From Myxococcota bacterium (GTDB lineage Bacteria; Myxococcota_A; UBA796; UBA2385): a stretch of DNA of 64,000 nucleotides. Positions 18,994-29,433 of the stretch are shown in pieces (the stretch's first letter is position 1; every line of letters begins with the position of its first letter). A program made the translations under genes and the position numbers. The notes below the pieces were generated by a model. The model searched no databases and had not been told where the DNA came from. It saw nothing but the letters and a program-made list of their open reading frames with translations. The stretch covers positions 1-64,000 of the forward strand of contig JBIJDH010000021.1 of assembly GCA_044344255.1 (NCBI GenBank). Direction: 5' to 3'.

Positions 18994-19733
18994 CGGCGGC
19001 TCCAGAGCAGGGTGGCCGTGAGGATCGGCACGTTCTTGATCAGGGGCCCGAAGGGGTGGACCCAGAGCTCCGGCAGCTCGAGCGAGACGAGCAGCGGCAG
19101 GAGCAGCAGCGCGGCGGCCTGCAGCCAGAGGAGCACCTGGAGCGGCCGCCCGCGCAGGGTGAGCGCCGCGACGAAGCTCAAGACCTGCGCGGCCCCGAGC
19201 ACCCGCAGGAAGACGGCGGGGTCGCCCCAGGAGTAGGGGGAGCCGGCCACCACGGCGAGCTCGATCGGCTGCTGGAACAGGATCTTCGGGAAGAGCCCCT
19301 CGGTGAACCAGGGCAGGGCGGCGCCGAGGCGGAGCGCCCAGCCCACCCGCGGGCTCCAGCCCTCCGTCCGCCCCTTCCAGGCGACGAGCACGCAGGCCAC
19401 GATCGCGAGGTTCTTGGTCAGCACGCCGAAGGGGTGCGCCAGCAGCAGCGGCTCGTGGACGGCGAGGATCAGGGTGAAGCCGGCCATCAGGCCGAGCTGG
19501 AGCAGGGCCAGGGGCGCCGACATCGGCAGCACGAGGAGCCCGAGGCCGAGCATCACCTCGGCGGCGCAGGTGGCCGGCATCAGCCAGACCGGCAGGCCGA
19601 GGTCGGAGAGGTAGGCGCCGCCGACCTCCCGGTAGCCGGGCGTGAGCACGAGCAGGCCGGTGGCGAGCCAGACGAAGGCGACAGAGGCGCGCAGGGCGCG
19701 GTCCTCGGCGGGCAGAAGGGGCGGTGCGGTCAT
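18981..19733 (-). CDS. DoxX-like membrane protein (two internal repeats)
   Basis: LRASVAFVWLATG; HPFGVLTKN and HPFGPLIKN; overlaps the DUF2269 gene. Confidence 0.8.
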   Translation of the reverse strand: MTAPPLLPAEDRALRASVAFVWLATGLLVLTPGYREVGGAYLSDLGLPVWLMPATCAAEVMLGLGLLVLPMSAPLALLQLGLMAGFTLILAVHEPLLLAHPFGVLTKNLAIVACVLVAWKGRTEGWSPRVGWALRLGAALPWFTEGLFPKILFQQPIELAVVAGSPYSWGDPAVFLRVLGAAQVLSFVAALTLRGRPLQVLLWLQAAALLLLPLLVSLELPELWVHPFGPLIKNVPILTATLLWSRRCSS

Positions 19734-21244
19734 GGGGCGCTCGGCGGTGCAGCGGGGGCCCCCGCGGCCGGGCTGGGCGGCGGCGCGCTCGGTCCGGGGG
19801 GAGCGCTACGATAGACCGAGCCCACCCGGTAGACCGAGACGGTGGCCTCCCCGACGGTGAAGGAGGGCTCGGGGCTGAGGGGCAGCTCCCGGCCGAGGCG
19901 CCCCGCCGGCTCGCCGTACGCGGCGACGACGAAGAGATCGCCCTCCGCCAGCGCGGCGGGGGGCGTGTCCGGCCCGTAGACCGAGAGGCCGTGGAGCGGG
20001 GCCTCCACGTAGCCGGCCCAGGGCTGGCTCAGGCCCGCCGCCTGGTAGCTGCCCACCCACACCCGCTCCCCCTCGTCGAGGCGGGCCGCGATCCAGGGCG
20101 CCGCCGCCTGCTCGGCCCGCGCCGCGTCCTGGCCCCAGAGGCTGGCCTCCGGGCCGAAGGGGGAGGGCGCGCGGAGGAAGGGCAGCCCGAGCAGCGCGAG
20201 GAAGGGCAGGCGGCCGGCGAGGATCACGACCAGCACACACATCCCCGGCAGGAAGTAGCGGACGTGCGTAAACGCGATCCCCGGCGTCCGGCTCACGAAG
20301 AAGGCCACCCCCGAGAAGAAGAGCAGCCAGCCGAGCCCGAAGCTGAGCCCGAGGCCCACCGGGGGGTAGCGCAGCCCGCGCCAGCCGAGCGCGGCCCCGA
20401 GGAGCAAGGCCCAGCGGCCCTGCTCGACGAAGACGAGCTGGAGCGCCCAGCGCAGGTCAGAGAGCCAGGCGAGGGCGCTCGCCGGGCTGTGCTCGGGCCG
20501 CGCGAGCCCGGGGCCGACGAGTGCCCAGAGCCCGAGCCCGAGCAGGGGCGCCAGCGCGGCGGGGTGGAGGCGGCGCTCCTGCATGGCGCGCGCGAAGGCG
20601 GGGAGGGCGAGCAGCACCCCCGGCTCCTTGCACCAGGGGGCGAGGAGCCCGAGCGCGAAGAACCAGCCCCAGCGCCCCTCGACGAGGGCGAGCAGGGCCC
20701 AGGGCACGACCGCGAGCAGGGGGAGGTCGAGCTCGGGGCGGAGGAGCTGGGCGAGGTAGGGCGGCAGCAGCAGCACCGCGAGGCCCGACCACCGGCCCGC
20801 CACCCGGGCGCCGAGCGCCGCGAAGCCCGCCGCCGAGGCCGCCGCGGGGAGGAGGCAGGCGAGGTGCGCGGCGGTGACCGTGGGGCCGAAGAGGCGAAAG
20901 AAGAGCCCCAACCACCAGAACCAGAGGGGCGGGTGCGCGTAGTCGGGGATCCCCCCCGCCCACTGCGGCAGCGACTCCGCGGTGGCCGAGCGCATCAGGG
21001 CGGGGAGCTCACCCGCCGGCGAGAGGCTCAGCCCCCGCTCGGCGACGATGAGGCCCTGCGGCGCCCACCAGAAGAGGGCGTCCTCGGTCAAGGGCGCGTC
21101 GAGGCCGAGCAGCACCCAGGAAGCGGCCGCCAAGGCGGCGAGCGCGATCGGCAGCAGCGACGAACGGGACAGCGGCCCCGGCCCCTTCGTAGAGAGCGCG
21201 TCACGGATGCGCAAGAAGCCTGCAAAGGCACCGGTCCCGGGCAT
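19730..21244 (-). CDS. GT-C-fold (PMT/ArnT-like) membrane glycosyltransferase
   Basis: Polytopic; ED in the first loop, HPPLWFW, KE and RY motifs; start uncertain. Confidence 0.7.
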   Translation of the reverse strand: MPGTGAFAGFLRIRDALSTKGPGPLSRSSLLPIALAALAAASWVLLGLDAPLTEDALFWWAPQGLIVAERGLSLSPAGELPALMRSATAESLPQWAGGIPDYAHPPLWFWWLGLFFRLFGPTVTAAHLACLLPAAASAAGFAALGARVAGRWSGLAVLLLPPYLAQLLRPELDLPLLAVVPWALLALVEGRWGWFFALGLLAPWCKEPGVLLALPAFARAMQERRLHPAALAPLLGLGLWALVGPGLARPEHSPASALAWLSDLRWALQLVFVEQGRWALLLGAALGWRGLRYPPVGLGLSFGLGWLLFFSGVAFFVSRTPGIAFTHVRYFLPGMCVLVVILAGRLPFLALLGLPFLRAPSPFGPEASLWGQDAARAEQAAAPWIAARLDEGERVWVGSYQAAGLSQPWAGYVEAPLHGLSVYGPDTPPAALAEGDLFVVAAYGEPAGRLGRELPLSPEPSFTVGEATVSVYRVGSVYRSAPPGPSAPPPSPAAGAPAAPPSAP

Positions 21245-21287
21245 CTGACCCGCTATCCTCCCGCCGCTCGCACAGGAGTGCCCCGGA

Positions 21288-22439
21288 ATGCTGCTCGCCT
21301 TGATCCTGTCCCTCTCCGTCCGCGCCGCCGACGGCGTGTACCCCATGGCTGACCTCGGGGGCACGGTGACCTTGCCGAAGGGCTGGGAGTCGATGTCCTG
21401 GGCCGACTGGGAGCTGAAGGCGAAGTCGCCCGACGGCGTGCTGCTGCACGTCTTCGTCACGCCCTACCAGGTCGAGGTCAACGAGGAGCACGTCAAGGCC
21501 TGGGCCGACAGCTGCGTGCAGACGCTGCCGAACGAGGGCTTCAGCGACGTCACCGTGTCGAGCACCGGGGTCACCGAGCTGGCCGGCCGCAAGACGGGCA
21601 TCGTCCGCCTCGGCCTCACCGTCCCCAAGGTGGGCAAGGCGGTCTCGACCTCGATGATCTTCGAGGGCCGCGGGCAGGTCATCCACGCCCGCATGGTCAC
21701 CTTGCCGAAGAACGCCGCCAAGGGCGAGAAGGCGCTCGAGGCCATCCTCACCAACATGACCCTCGAGAAGACCCCCGCCGAGACCACCGCCGCGGTCAGC
21801 GCCGCCGCCGGCTTCGCGGCCACGCTCCCCGAGGGCTGGCGGGCCCCCCTCGAGGAGGAGCTCCCCGCCGTGGCGAAGGTGGCGGCCAAGGTGGGCGTGG
21901 CCGAGCTGGACCCCGCTCGCTGCTGGACCGGCATCCGCCCGGCGCCCGTCGGCGAGCCCGACCTGATGGTCACCTGTAAGACGCAGTACTACCTGCCGCC
22001 GCTCGACAGCTACTCCTTCGCCGACGTCGAGAAGGAGGTCCACCAGCGCTACTTCGCCAAGGCGCAGTCCCCGGTGCCCGCGGGCGAGCCCGCTACCCTG
22101 CCTGACCGCGTGGGTGTGCTCTACAAGGTCCCCTCGCCGAAGGCGCCGGTGCGCCTCCTCGTGGCGCCCTACGACGGCGGCATGATGGTGACCTGGGCCC
22201 TCGGCAGCCGCATCGACGAGGCCGGCCTCGACGCCGCGATCCAGGCCACGCTCCCCACCGTGAAATTCACCGGGCCGAACGGCGGCGCGCCCCTGATCGC
22301 GGCCGACAAGCGGCTCGCCTACTACATGAAGTACCGCAGCACCTCGCCGCTCGTGCTCGGGCCCGTCCTCGGCCTGCTGGGGCTCGTCGGCGGGGCGGTG
22401 GTGCTGGTCCGCAAGAAGGCGAGCGGCACCACCGCCTGA
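21288..22439 (+). CDS. Secreted protein with C-terminal membrane anchor
   Basis: Signal peptide, C-terminal TM followed by RKK, strong GC3 codon bias. Confidence 0.85.
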   Translation: MLLALILSLSVRAADGVYPMADLGGTVTLPKGWESMSWADWELKAKSPDGVLLHVFVTPYQVEVNEEHVKAWADSCVQTLPNEGFSDVTVSSTGVTELAGRKTGIVRLGLTVPKVGKAVSTSMIFEGRGQVIHARMVTLPKNAAKGEKALEAILTNMTLEKTPAETTAAVSAAAGFAATLPEGWRAPLEEELPAVAKVAAKVGVAELDPARCWTGIRPAPVGEPDLMVTCKTQYYLPPLDSYSFADVEKEVHQRYFAKAQSPVPAGEPATLPDRVGVLYKVPSPKAPVRLLVAPYDGGMMVTWALGSRIDEAGLDAAIQATLPTVKFTGPNGGAPLIAADKRLAYYMKYRSTSPLVLGPVLGLLGLVGGAVVLVRKKASGTTA

Positions 22440-22463
22440 GCGGCGGTCGAGGCGCGCGCCACT

Positions 22464-24188
22464 TCAGCGTTCGGCGGGCGGCGGCTCCGTCTCGAGGGTC
22501 TCTGTCTCGGGAAGGACGACCGGCGTGGGCAGAGCCTTGTCGCCGGGGGAGGGCAGGACCGTGCTCTCCTGCTCCTTGGAGTCCACCGTGCTCGTACAGT
22601 TGTGGTTCCAGATCTGCACGCGCTCGGTCTTCCACTCGCCGCCCGGCGGCGGGGTGAGCTCCTTGACGTAGACGATCTGGAAGGTGCGCAGGCGCTCGCT
22701 GCCGGTGTGGGTCGCGTTCCAGCTCCGGCAGAGGTACTTCGCGTAGTAGAGGCGGAGCTTCTTGTAGTCCTTCGTCCAGATGTTGCGCATGTACTTGCGC
22801 CAACGGTAGGTCTCGAACTCGTCGGCGACGAGCGGCGGCTTGCTGAAGTCGACGGTCGACTCGCCGGTCCAGACGTCGACCTCCTTGCCGTTCGCGAGCT
22901 TGCCGGGGATCACCCACCAGCCGTCGTCGCGCAGCGGGTAGGGGGCGAACATCTCCCAGCGCTGGTCGAGGCGGAGCACGTTGCCGATCCAGCGGAGCTG
23001 CCGCGGGACGAAGAGCTCCTTGTTCACCGTGCTCAGGTTCCAATTGAAGATGAGCAGGATGAAGACCGCGAGGAGGCCCTGGAGGGCGCCCCGCTCGAGC
23101 CGCGTCCGCCCGCGGGGCTTGAGCAGCAGCCCGCCGATCAGGCCTGCGCCCAGGGTGGGCCAGGAGATCCAGGGAGACACGTTCTCGTGGAAGAGCACGA
23201 GGGCCACGGCCACGGCCACGAGCTGGACGAGGGCCGAGGCGAGGTGCCGCCCCGGGGCCTCCACCGTGGCGAGGGGCGGGGCGTCGTCCCGCCAGCCGAG
23301 GCGGTCCCAGAGCTCCCCGGGGAGGAGCCCCGCCCAGCCCGCCACGCAGATCGAGGAGAAGAGGCCGATCGCCAGCCCCGCCGAGAAGCCCATGTGCATC
23401 ATCACGAAGGTGGTGACGAGCAGGGTGCGGACGAGGGGCCGCTTCCAGGGAAAGAGCAGCAGGAAGGGCCCCGCCCACTCGATACACAGCGTGGACCAGG
23501 TGAGGAACTTGTAGACGATGGGATCGGCGGCGAGCCAGCCGGCGATCGGCTGCTTGGCGAAGAGGTCGATGTTGAGCGCGTAGTAGACGGCGGTGCCGTC
23601 AAACCAGGACTTGCCGCTCTTGAGCGCCGCCGTGAAGACGTAGATGCTGGCGAGCTGAACGGTGAGCCCGACGGTGGCGAGGCTGAGCACCCGTCGGGGC
23701 AAGGCGCGGAGCTCGGCGCTCAAGAGCGCGTCCACCGAGGCCCGGGCGCCCATCGGCAAGAACATCGACCAGAACAGCAGCAGCCGGAAGACGACGTCGC
23801 CCGACTGGAGCACCACCGTGTTCCGGTTCTGGAGCGAGACCAGGAGCAGCCAGGAGCAGACCGTGGCGAGGCGGGTCTTCCAGCCGACCGCCATCATCAG
23901 GCCGAAGACCGCGGCGATCCCGAAGAGCGCCGTGGCGACCCAGGCGTGGCCGCTGCCCATGTAGAGCGAGAAGGCCAGCGGGGCGTTCAGGTGCTCGATC
24001 ACCGCGGCGCGGGGGAGCACCCCCTCGTCGGTGAAGAAGGCGCGGAGGTCATGCCCGCGGATGAAGAGGTCGAGCAGGACCAGCAGGCCGAGCCCGATCC
24101 GCATCACCGCCAGGGACCGGAGGTCGCAGCCGAGGAGATCGGCGACGACCTTGGGTGCTGCTCCCGCGAGGCGCTCTCGAATCCCCAC
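22464..24188 (-). CDS. HTTM-domain membrane protein
   Basis: DLRSLAVMRIGLG, SLQNRN, LLLFWSMFLP, IYVFTAALK, LDQRWEMFAP. Confidence 0.9.
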   Translation of the reverse strand: MGIRERLAGAAPKVVADLLGCDLRSLAVMRIGLGLLVLLDLFIRGHDLRAFFTDEGVLPRAAVIEHLNAPLAFSLYMGSGHAWVATALFGIAAVFGLMMAVGWKTRLATVCSWLLLVSLQNRNTVVLQSGDVVFRLLLFWSMFLPMGARASVDALLSAELRALPRRVLSLATVGLTVQLASIYVFTAALKSGKSWFDGTAVYYALNIDLFAKQPIAGWLAADPIVYKFLTWSTLCIEWAGPFLLLFPWKRPLVRTLLVTTFVMMHMGFSAGLAIGLFSSICVAGWAGLLPGELWDRLGWRDDAPPLATVEAPGRHLASALVQLVAVAVALVLFHENVSPWISWPTLGAGLIGGLLLKPRGRTRLERGALQGLLAVFILLIFNWNLSTVNKELFVPRQLRWIGNVLRLDQRWEMFAPYPLRDDGWWVIPGKLANGKEVDVWTGESTVDFSKPPLVADEFETYRWRKYMRNIWTKDYKKLRLYYAKYLCRSWNATHTGSERLRTFQIVYVKELTPPPGGEWKTERVQIWNHNCTSTVDSKEQESTVLPSPGDKALPTPVVLPETETLETEPPPAER

Positions 24189-24227
24189 GCTGGCCTCCTG
24201 GCCCGACGCCCGGGCCCCCGCGGGGGC

Positions 24228-25361
24228 TCAGCTCCGGGTGAGCTCGCGGTCGATCACCGACTTGAACATCTCGAAGGGCAGGGCGCCCGAGAGCGGGATG
24301 CCGTTGATGAAGAAGGCCGGGGTGCCGCTCACGCCTGCGGCCGAGCCCTCCTTGGCGTCGCGGGTGATCTCGTCGGCCACGGCGGGGTCGAGGCGGCACT
24401 GCTCCCACTTGGCCATGTCGACGCCCACCTGCTGCGCGAAGCCCTTGAGCGAGGCGTCGTCGAGCGAGGTCTGGTTCTTCATCAGCAGGGTGTGGAGCTC
24501 CCAGTACTTGCCCTGCGGGATCGCGCAGTTGGCGGCGATGGCGGCGGGGATGGCGCTCGAGTGCCCCGGGAGCGGGTAGTCGCGGAAGACCATCTTCACC
24601 TTGCCGTCGTACTCCTTGAGCACGCGCTCGACGGTGGGGTTGGCCTTGCCGCAGTAGGGGCACTGGTACTCGGCGAACTGGACGATGGTGACCTTGGCCT
24701 CGGCGGCGCCGAGGAAGGGGTCATCATCGACGCTCACGGTGACGCGCGGCATGTTCTCGGGGAAGGGCATGTCAGACTTGGCGGCCTTGGCCACCTTCAG
24801 CTCCTCCAGGTAGATCTGGAAGCGGTCGGCCTTCTTGCGGCGGCTGAGCTCGCCCACGACCTGATCGCGCACCGCCTCGAGGGGGGCGTCCTTCATCCGG
24901 CGCTTCATCACCTCGTAGAAGGACTGGATCTCGGCCTCGGTGGGGGCGGTGACCTTGTCCTCGACCTCGACCTTGAGCAGGGCGGGGACATCGGCGAGGC
25001 CGCGGCTCTTGACCTCGCCCTCGAGCAGCTTCTCGGTGACCATCTGGTCGAGCGCGCCGGCCTGGGTCTGCCAGCGGTCGGTGAGGTAGTCGACCTCCTT
25101 CTGGATGAGCTGGCCCTTGACCTCGCCGTAGAGGTCACCGTAGGTGACCTGCCCGCCGGTCCAGGAGGCGATGACGGTGTCCGGGCTCGGATCGCCAGGC
25201 TGCACGCCGGGCGTGGACGCACCCCCAGCGGCCGGAGACGGAGCGGCGGCCGTCGCCGTGGGCGCGGGGGCGGCCGAGGCGGCGGGGGCGCTCTTGGCGC
25301 CGGACTCGGCCGACTTGTCGCAGGCCACGAGGAGGACGAGGGAGAGGAACAAAGGACGCAT
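24228..25361 (-). CDS. DsbA/thioredoxin-domain lipoprotein
   Basis: Lipobox LVAC, EYQCPYC, FRDYPL, GVSGTPAFFING. Confidence 0.92.
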   Translation of the reverse strand: MRPLFLSLVLLVACDKSAESGAKSAPAASAAPAPTATAAAPSPAAGGASTPGVQPGDPSPDTVIASWTGGQVTYGDLYGEVKGQLIQKEVDYLTDRWQTQAGALDQMVTEKLLEGEVKSRGLADVPALLKVEVEDKVTAPTEAEIQSFYEVMKRRMKDAPLEAVRDQVVGELSRRKKADRFQIYLEELKVAKAAKSDMPFPENMPRVTVSVDDDPFLGAAEAKVTIVQFAEYQCPYCGKANPTVERVLKEYDGKVKMVFRDYPLPGHSSAIPAAIAANCAIPQGKYWELHTLLMKNQTSLDDASLKGFAQQVGVDMAKWEQCRLDPAVADEITRDAKEGSAAGVSGTPAFFINGIPLSGALPFEMFKSVIDRELTRS

Positions 25362-25452
25362 CGAGGGGCTCCAGATCGCGCGCGCATGGTAACCCCTGTC
25401 GGCCGCCGCCGCCGCAATCGACGGGCCGGGCGGCGGCCGGTAGAGTCAGGGG

Positions 25453-26784
25453 ATGCGCTCTACACGTCGACGCCCCTCGCTCATCCCACCCCGCTCCGCC
25501 CTCGGCGCCGCGGCGCTGTCGTTCAGCCTCCTCACGGCCGGTGCGGGCTGCGCGGGGGAGGCCCCGACCGCCCGCCCGCCCTCCGCCGGAGCGCCGGCCG
25601 TGGCCGCCGCCGCGGCCCCACCCACGCTGCAGGGGGCCCTCGCCCCTACGAAGGACGGCCCGGACGCGGCCCGGCCCTCGCTCTTGGTGCAGCTCCGGCC
25701 GGTGATTTCGGGCACCCGCTCCCCCACCGACATCCAGTTCTGGCCTGGGCGCCCGGGGCGGGTGGTGGTGCTCGAGAAGCAAGGCAAGGCCGTCGTCTTT
25801 GACCTCCCGGCCGCCGGAGGCCCGGGGGAGGCGGCGCGGGTGGGTGAGCTGCTCTCGCTCACCGTGCGCTCCCGCTCCGAGCAAGGCCTGCTCGGCCTCG
25901 CCTTTCACCCGAAGTTCCCGGAGAACGGGAAGCTCTACGTCAACTATTCGACCGACGGCGGCGGCGCGGCCGGCAACAGCCGCATCTCGGAGTTCACGGT
26001 CCCCGCGGGCGGCACGCAGGCCGGCGCGGAGCGGGTGATCCTCGAGGTCGAGCAGCCCTACGCCAACCACGACGCCGGTCAGCTCGCCTTCGGGCCCGAC
26101 GGGCTGCTCTACATCGGCTGGGGGGACGGTGGGGCCGGCGGAGACCCGCTGGACGCCGGCCAGGACGGCATGACCCGCCTCGGGAAGATGCTGCGCGTCG
26201 ACGTTGACCGCCCGACGGCCACCTCCCCCTTCACCGTCCCCGCGGACAACCCCTTCCTCGGCCGCGCGGACCGTCTGCCCGAGATCTGGGCGATGGGGCT
26301 CCGCAACCCCTGGCGATATTCCTTCGCGCCCGATGGCCGGCTGATCGTCGCCGATGTGGGGCAGGACACCTGGGAGGAGGTGAACGTCGTGGCATCCGGG
26401 CAGAACCTCGGCTGGAACCGGCGCGAGGGCACCCACTGCTTCAAGCCCCCCAAGGACTGCCCGAGCCCCGAGGCGGGCGGGCTCACCGACCCCATCTACA
26501 CCTACGCCCACGGGCCGGAGGGGGTCTCGATCACGGGGGGCTATGTCTACACGGGCGCGCGGATCTCTGGGCTGAACGGCAAGTATGTCTTCGGGGACTT
26601 CGGCTCCGGGCGCATCTGGGCCCTCGAGCTCCCGCCCGTCGGCGCCGCCCGCTCGGGGCCGGCCCCCGTCACCGCGCTCGGCCGCTTCGACATTCAGCTC
26701 TCGACCTTCGGCCGCGACGCCGAGGGGGAGCTCTACGTCGCCGACTTCGCCAGCGGGCGCATCTTCGCCCTTTCTCCCCTGTAG
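25453..26784 (+). CDS. PQQ-dependent glucose/sorbosone dehydrogenase family
   Basis: EQGLLGLAFHP, NHDAGQLAFGPDG, GLRNPWR, DVGQ, SITGGYVY. Confidence 0.92.
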   Translation: MRSTRRRPSLIPPRSALGAAALSFSLLTAGAGCAGEAPTARPPSAGAPAVAAAAAPPTLQGALAPTKDGPDAARPSLLVQLRPVISGTRSPTDIQFWPGRPGRVVVLEKQGKAVVFDLPAAGGPGEAARVGELLSLTVRSRSEQGLLGLAFHPKFPENGKLYVNYSTDGGGAAGNSRISEFTVPAGGTQAGAERVILEVEQPYANHDAGQLAFGPDGLLYIGWGDGGAGGDPLDAGQDGMTRLGKMLRVDVDRPTATSPFTVPADNPFLGRADRLPEIWAMGLRNPWRYSFAPDGRLIVADVGQDTWEEVNVVASGQNLGWNRREGTHCFKPPKDCPSPEAGGLTDPIYTYAHGPEGVSITGGYVYTGARISGLNGKYVFGDFGSGRIWALELPPVGAARSGPAPVTALGRFDIQLSTFGRDAEGELYVADFASGRIFALSPL

Positions 26785-26796
26785 CTCGGAGCCGAG

Positions 26797-27189
26797 ATGA
26801 CAGACCCCGCCGCCGCCGTCCCCGAGGGGGCCGCCGCTCCCGCCTCCACCCTCGCCGCGAACCTCGCAGACGCGCAGCTCATCGCCTACAACGCGGCCGA
26901 CCTCGAGGCCTTCGCCGCCTGCTTTCACCCCGACGTCACCGTCCTCGACCACGCAGGCGCCGTCACCCTCGCGAGCATCGAGGTCTTTCGGGTGGCCTAT
27001 GGGCGTATGTTCGCCTCCCACGTGCCCAACGCCGAGGTCGATCAGCGCCTGAGCTTTGGGCCGCATGTGATCGAGCGGGAGCGCTGGAGCCGCGTGCACC
27101 GCGAGACCGGGGAGCGCACCGAGGGGGAGCTGCTCGTGCGCTACACGGTCGACGGGGGCCTCATCCGCTGGGTGGAGTTTCTCCGCTGA
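26797..27189 (+). CDS. SnoaL/NTF2-like protein
   Basis: QLIAYNAADLEAFAACF, VIERE, YTVDGGLI. Confidence 0.85.
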   Translation: MTDPAAAVPEGAAAPASTLAANLADAQLIAYNAADLEAFAACFHPDVTVLDHAGAVTLASIEVFRVAYGRMFASHVPNAEVDQRLSFGPHVIERERWSRVHRETGERTEGELLVRYTVDGGLIRWVEFLR

Positions 27190-27322
27190 CCGACGCCGCC
27201 CTCGGGCATGGGCTCGTGTCCACCCTCAAACCTGATCATCTGGTGATCGTCGACACGGCGGAGGGCCACGAGAGCGCTCACTCCCGCGAGCTCATGGTGG
27301 TCGCCGGGGCCAGCGGTCAGAA

Positions 27323-28961
27323 GCGGTCAGAAGCTGAGCAGCGACCCGGAGAGGAACCAGAGGCGCCCCACCTGAGTGCTGGTCTCTTCGACATAATCTG
27401 CGTCTCCGATCAGGAGATCGTTGACGCCGTCCCCATCCAGATCTCGCAGCCCCGCGTACGCCCCGGAGCTACCACCCCCCACAGGGTAGTCCGACTGAAA
27501 GCCCACGCTGGCGTGGTTGACGTCGTAGGTGCCCCCGCCGGCCAGGTCGCTGCCCCGGATGAGGTGGACGAAGGGGCGCTCCTTGTATTCCCCCTCCCAT
27601 CCGGCGCCGTGGAGCAAGAAGTCAGCGCGCTCGTCCCCGTCTACGTCGCCGATATCTGCTGCGGACTCTCCGACTTGCGCAAAGGGGTAGGTGGCGAAGA
27701 ACTCAACGTCCCCGTCTACCGCGTCCACGGAGGTGGGGGAGGTCAGCCGGTCTCCGGACCAGAAGAAGGCGGTCCCCACCTGATCCAGACCGCCGGTATC
27801 GAGGACCCAGTTGCTCATGATGAGGTCATCGATGCCGTCACCGGTCGTATCGCCGAGCGGCGTCGTGACGAGGAAGTCATTCCAGATGTCGGTGATCCCC
27901 GGCGGCGGGGTGATGATGACATCGGCGTCCTCGACATAGGTGGGGGCGTCAAAGTTTAGCGAGTCTCCATAGAAGATCTCGCCACGCGTCCCAAAATCGG
28001 TTCCAGTTGAGTACAACACCAGCTCGTTTAGCCCGTCCCCGTCCAGATCGCCCAAGGGGGCCGGAAAGCCCACACGATAGGCCGAACCAGCTCCCCCAGA
28101 GTCCAGGCTGGTGTATACAATGGCGTCACCCGACCCGTCCAACACGAGGGCATCGCCAGTCAGCAGCTCCTCCGCGGGGAATACGGCCAACGCACTATAC
28201 AACTTCATGACTACGTCGACCGCGATTTCGCTTGGCTCGGAGAATGCTCCAGTGCCAGCCGATAGGGCGGACCCGGAGCTCACGCTCCCGAAGGTCGAAT
28301 AGACATAGACGTCCCCCGGCTCTTCGATGTCCGCCATGAACTTCCCCTCCAGTGAGGCGAGGTGACTGCCCCAATACAGGACGGCCGGCTCGCCGATGGT
28401 TCGGGGAGACACCATGAGGTCACCCATGCCGTCCCCGTCCAAGTCCCCCATGGAGTAGGGGAAGAGCGAATACTCATATCCGTACAGCTCGATACGCGCG
28501 GCGTCTTCGATCATCACCGCCTCTCCCAGGGCGGGCACACCCGCGCCATCGACGATATAGATCGACGTGTGCATCCCGCCGTCTTCAGTAAAGGCTGACG
28601 TTACGATCTCCGGGAGCCCATCCCCCCAGATGTCGTCCAAAAAAGCGGCCGACTCTCCGAGGCTCTTCATGCCCGCCATCTTGAACGTCCAGAAGTCGCC
28701 GCCGTCCAGATAGATGATCTCGGAGGGGGGCACTGGAGCGGTGTCGTGGTCACCGGAGTCGGTGTCCGTCGGTCCCGGAGAGTCCGGGCCCGGTGAATCA
28801 GGGGCGCCGGAGTCGGCGGTGGCCGAGTCTATCGGATGAGAGTCAGAGCGGCCGGAGTCAGCGGGTTCAGTATCGGAGGTGGTAGGGGCCTTCGACGAGG
28901 GGGCTCCGTCTGAGCAGGCGAACAGCGAGAGCAGGCTGCTCCACGCGGTGAAGCGCCGCGC
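27323..28961. repeat. 1639-bp direct repeat copy 1 (copy 2 at 29962-31600)
   Basis: Offset 2639 bp; only one difference noticed (G28875 vs A31514, synonymous). Confidence 0.95.
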
Positions 28962-28985
28962 CGGAAACCACAATTTACCAGGCAT
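27327..28985 (-). CDS. FG-GAP/integrin-alpha-repeat lipoprotein, copy 1
   Basis: Lipobox LFAC, acidic linker, repeated GDLDGDG.DL Ca-binding motifs; lower GC than flanks. Confidence 0.9.
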   Translation of the reverse strand: MPGKLWFPARRFTAWSSLLSLFACSDGAPSSKAPTTSDTEPADSGRSDSHPIDSATADSGAPDSPGPDSPGPTDTDSGDHDTAPVPPSEIIYLDGGDFWTFKMAGMKSLGESAAFLDDIWGDGLPEIVTSAFTEDGGMHTSIYIVDGAGVPALGEAVMIEDAARIELYGYEYSLFPYSMGDLDGDGMGDLMVSPRTIGEPAVLYWGSHLASLEGKFMADIEEPGDVYVYSTFGSVSSGSALSAGTGAFSEPSEIAVDVVMKLYSALAVFPAEELLTGDALVLDGSGDAIVYTSLDSGGAGSAYRVGFPAPLGDLDGDGLNELVLYSTGTDFGTRGEIFYGDSLNFDAPTYVEDADVIITPPPGITDIWNDFLVTTPLGDTTGDGIDDLIMSNWVLDTGGLDQVGTAFFWSGDRLTSPTSVDAVDGDVEFFATYPFAQVGESAADIGDVDGDERADFLLHGAGWEGEYKERPFVHLIRGSDLAGGGTYDVNHASVGFQSDYPVGGGSSGAYAGLRDLDGDGVNDLLIGDADYVEETSTQVGRLWFLSGSLLSF

Positions 28986-29433
28986 CCGCCCACCCCCAGG
29001 TCAGGTCAGCCTCGTCGCCCTCGAAGCGCGCGAGCGGGCTGCCGGCATCGTCTTTGAACCGGGTCCCATCCAAGCGGCCATCGCGCGTCTCGGCATACAC
29101 GCCCGCGAGCGGACCTTCGAGCTGCGTCAGGAATACCCCGTCTTCGTTGGGCGCGGCGTGCCAGTTCCCGCCCTCGTGGGCAGGAATGACGTAGGCAGAG
29201 GCGATGTCGACCGCGTCTCGTTCAAGGCAGGCGAACTCGGTGACATAGAACACGTAGAGAGAAGGTACACAACGCCAATGTGAAGCGCCTTGAGGGTCGC
29301 CCCAGACGGCCCCAGGGCTCGGTGTCCACAGCCCTGTCCTTGGAGCCGGGTCTTCAGGTGGGGACCAGACGTCCGACAGCGGGACGCCGCCTTCGCTCCG
29401 GTGGGCCGCGTTGCCGGCGAAGGTCCAGGCCAT
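28975..29433 (-). CDS. Hypothetical protein or C-terminal gene fragment
   Basis: Protein-like 3' half whose stop overlaps the start of FG-GAP copy 1; 5' end doubtful. Confidence 0.4.
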   Translation of the reverse strand: MAWTFAGNAAHRSEGGVPLSDVWSPPEDPAPRTGLWTPSPGAVWGDPQGASHWRCVPSLYVFYVTEFACLERDAVDIASAYVIPAHEGGNWHAAPNEDGVFLTQLEGPLAGVYAETRDGRLDGTRFKDDAGSPLARFEGDEADLTWGWADAW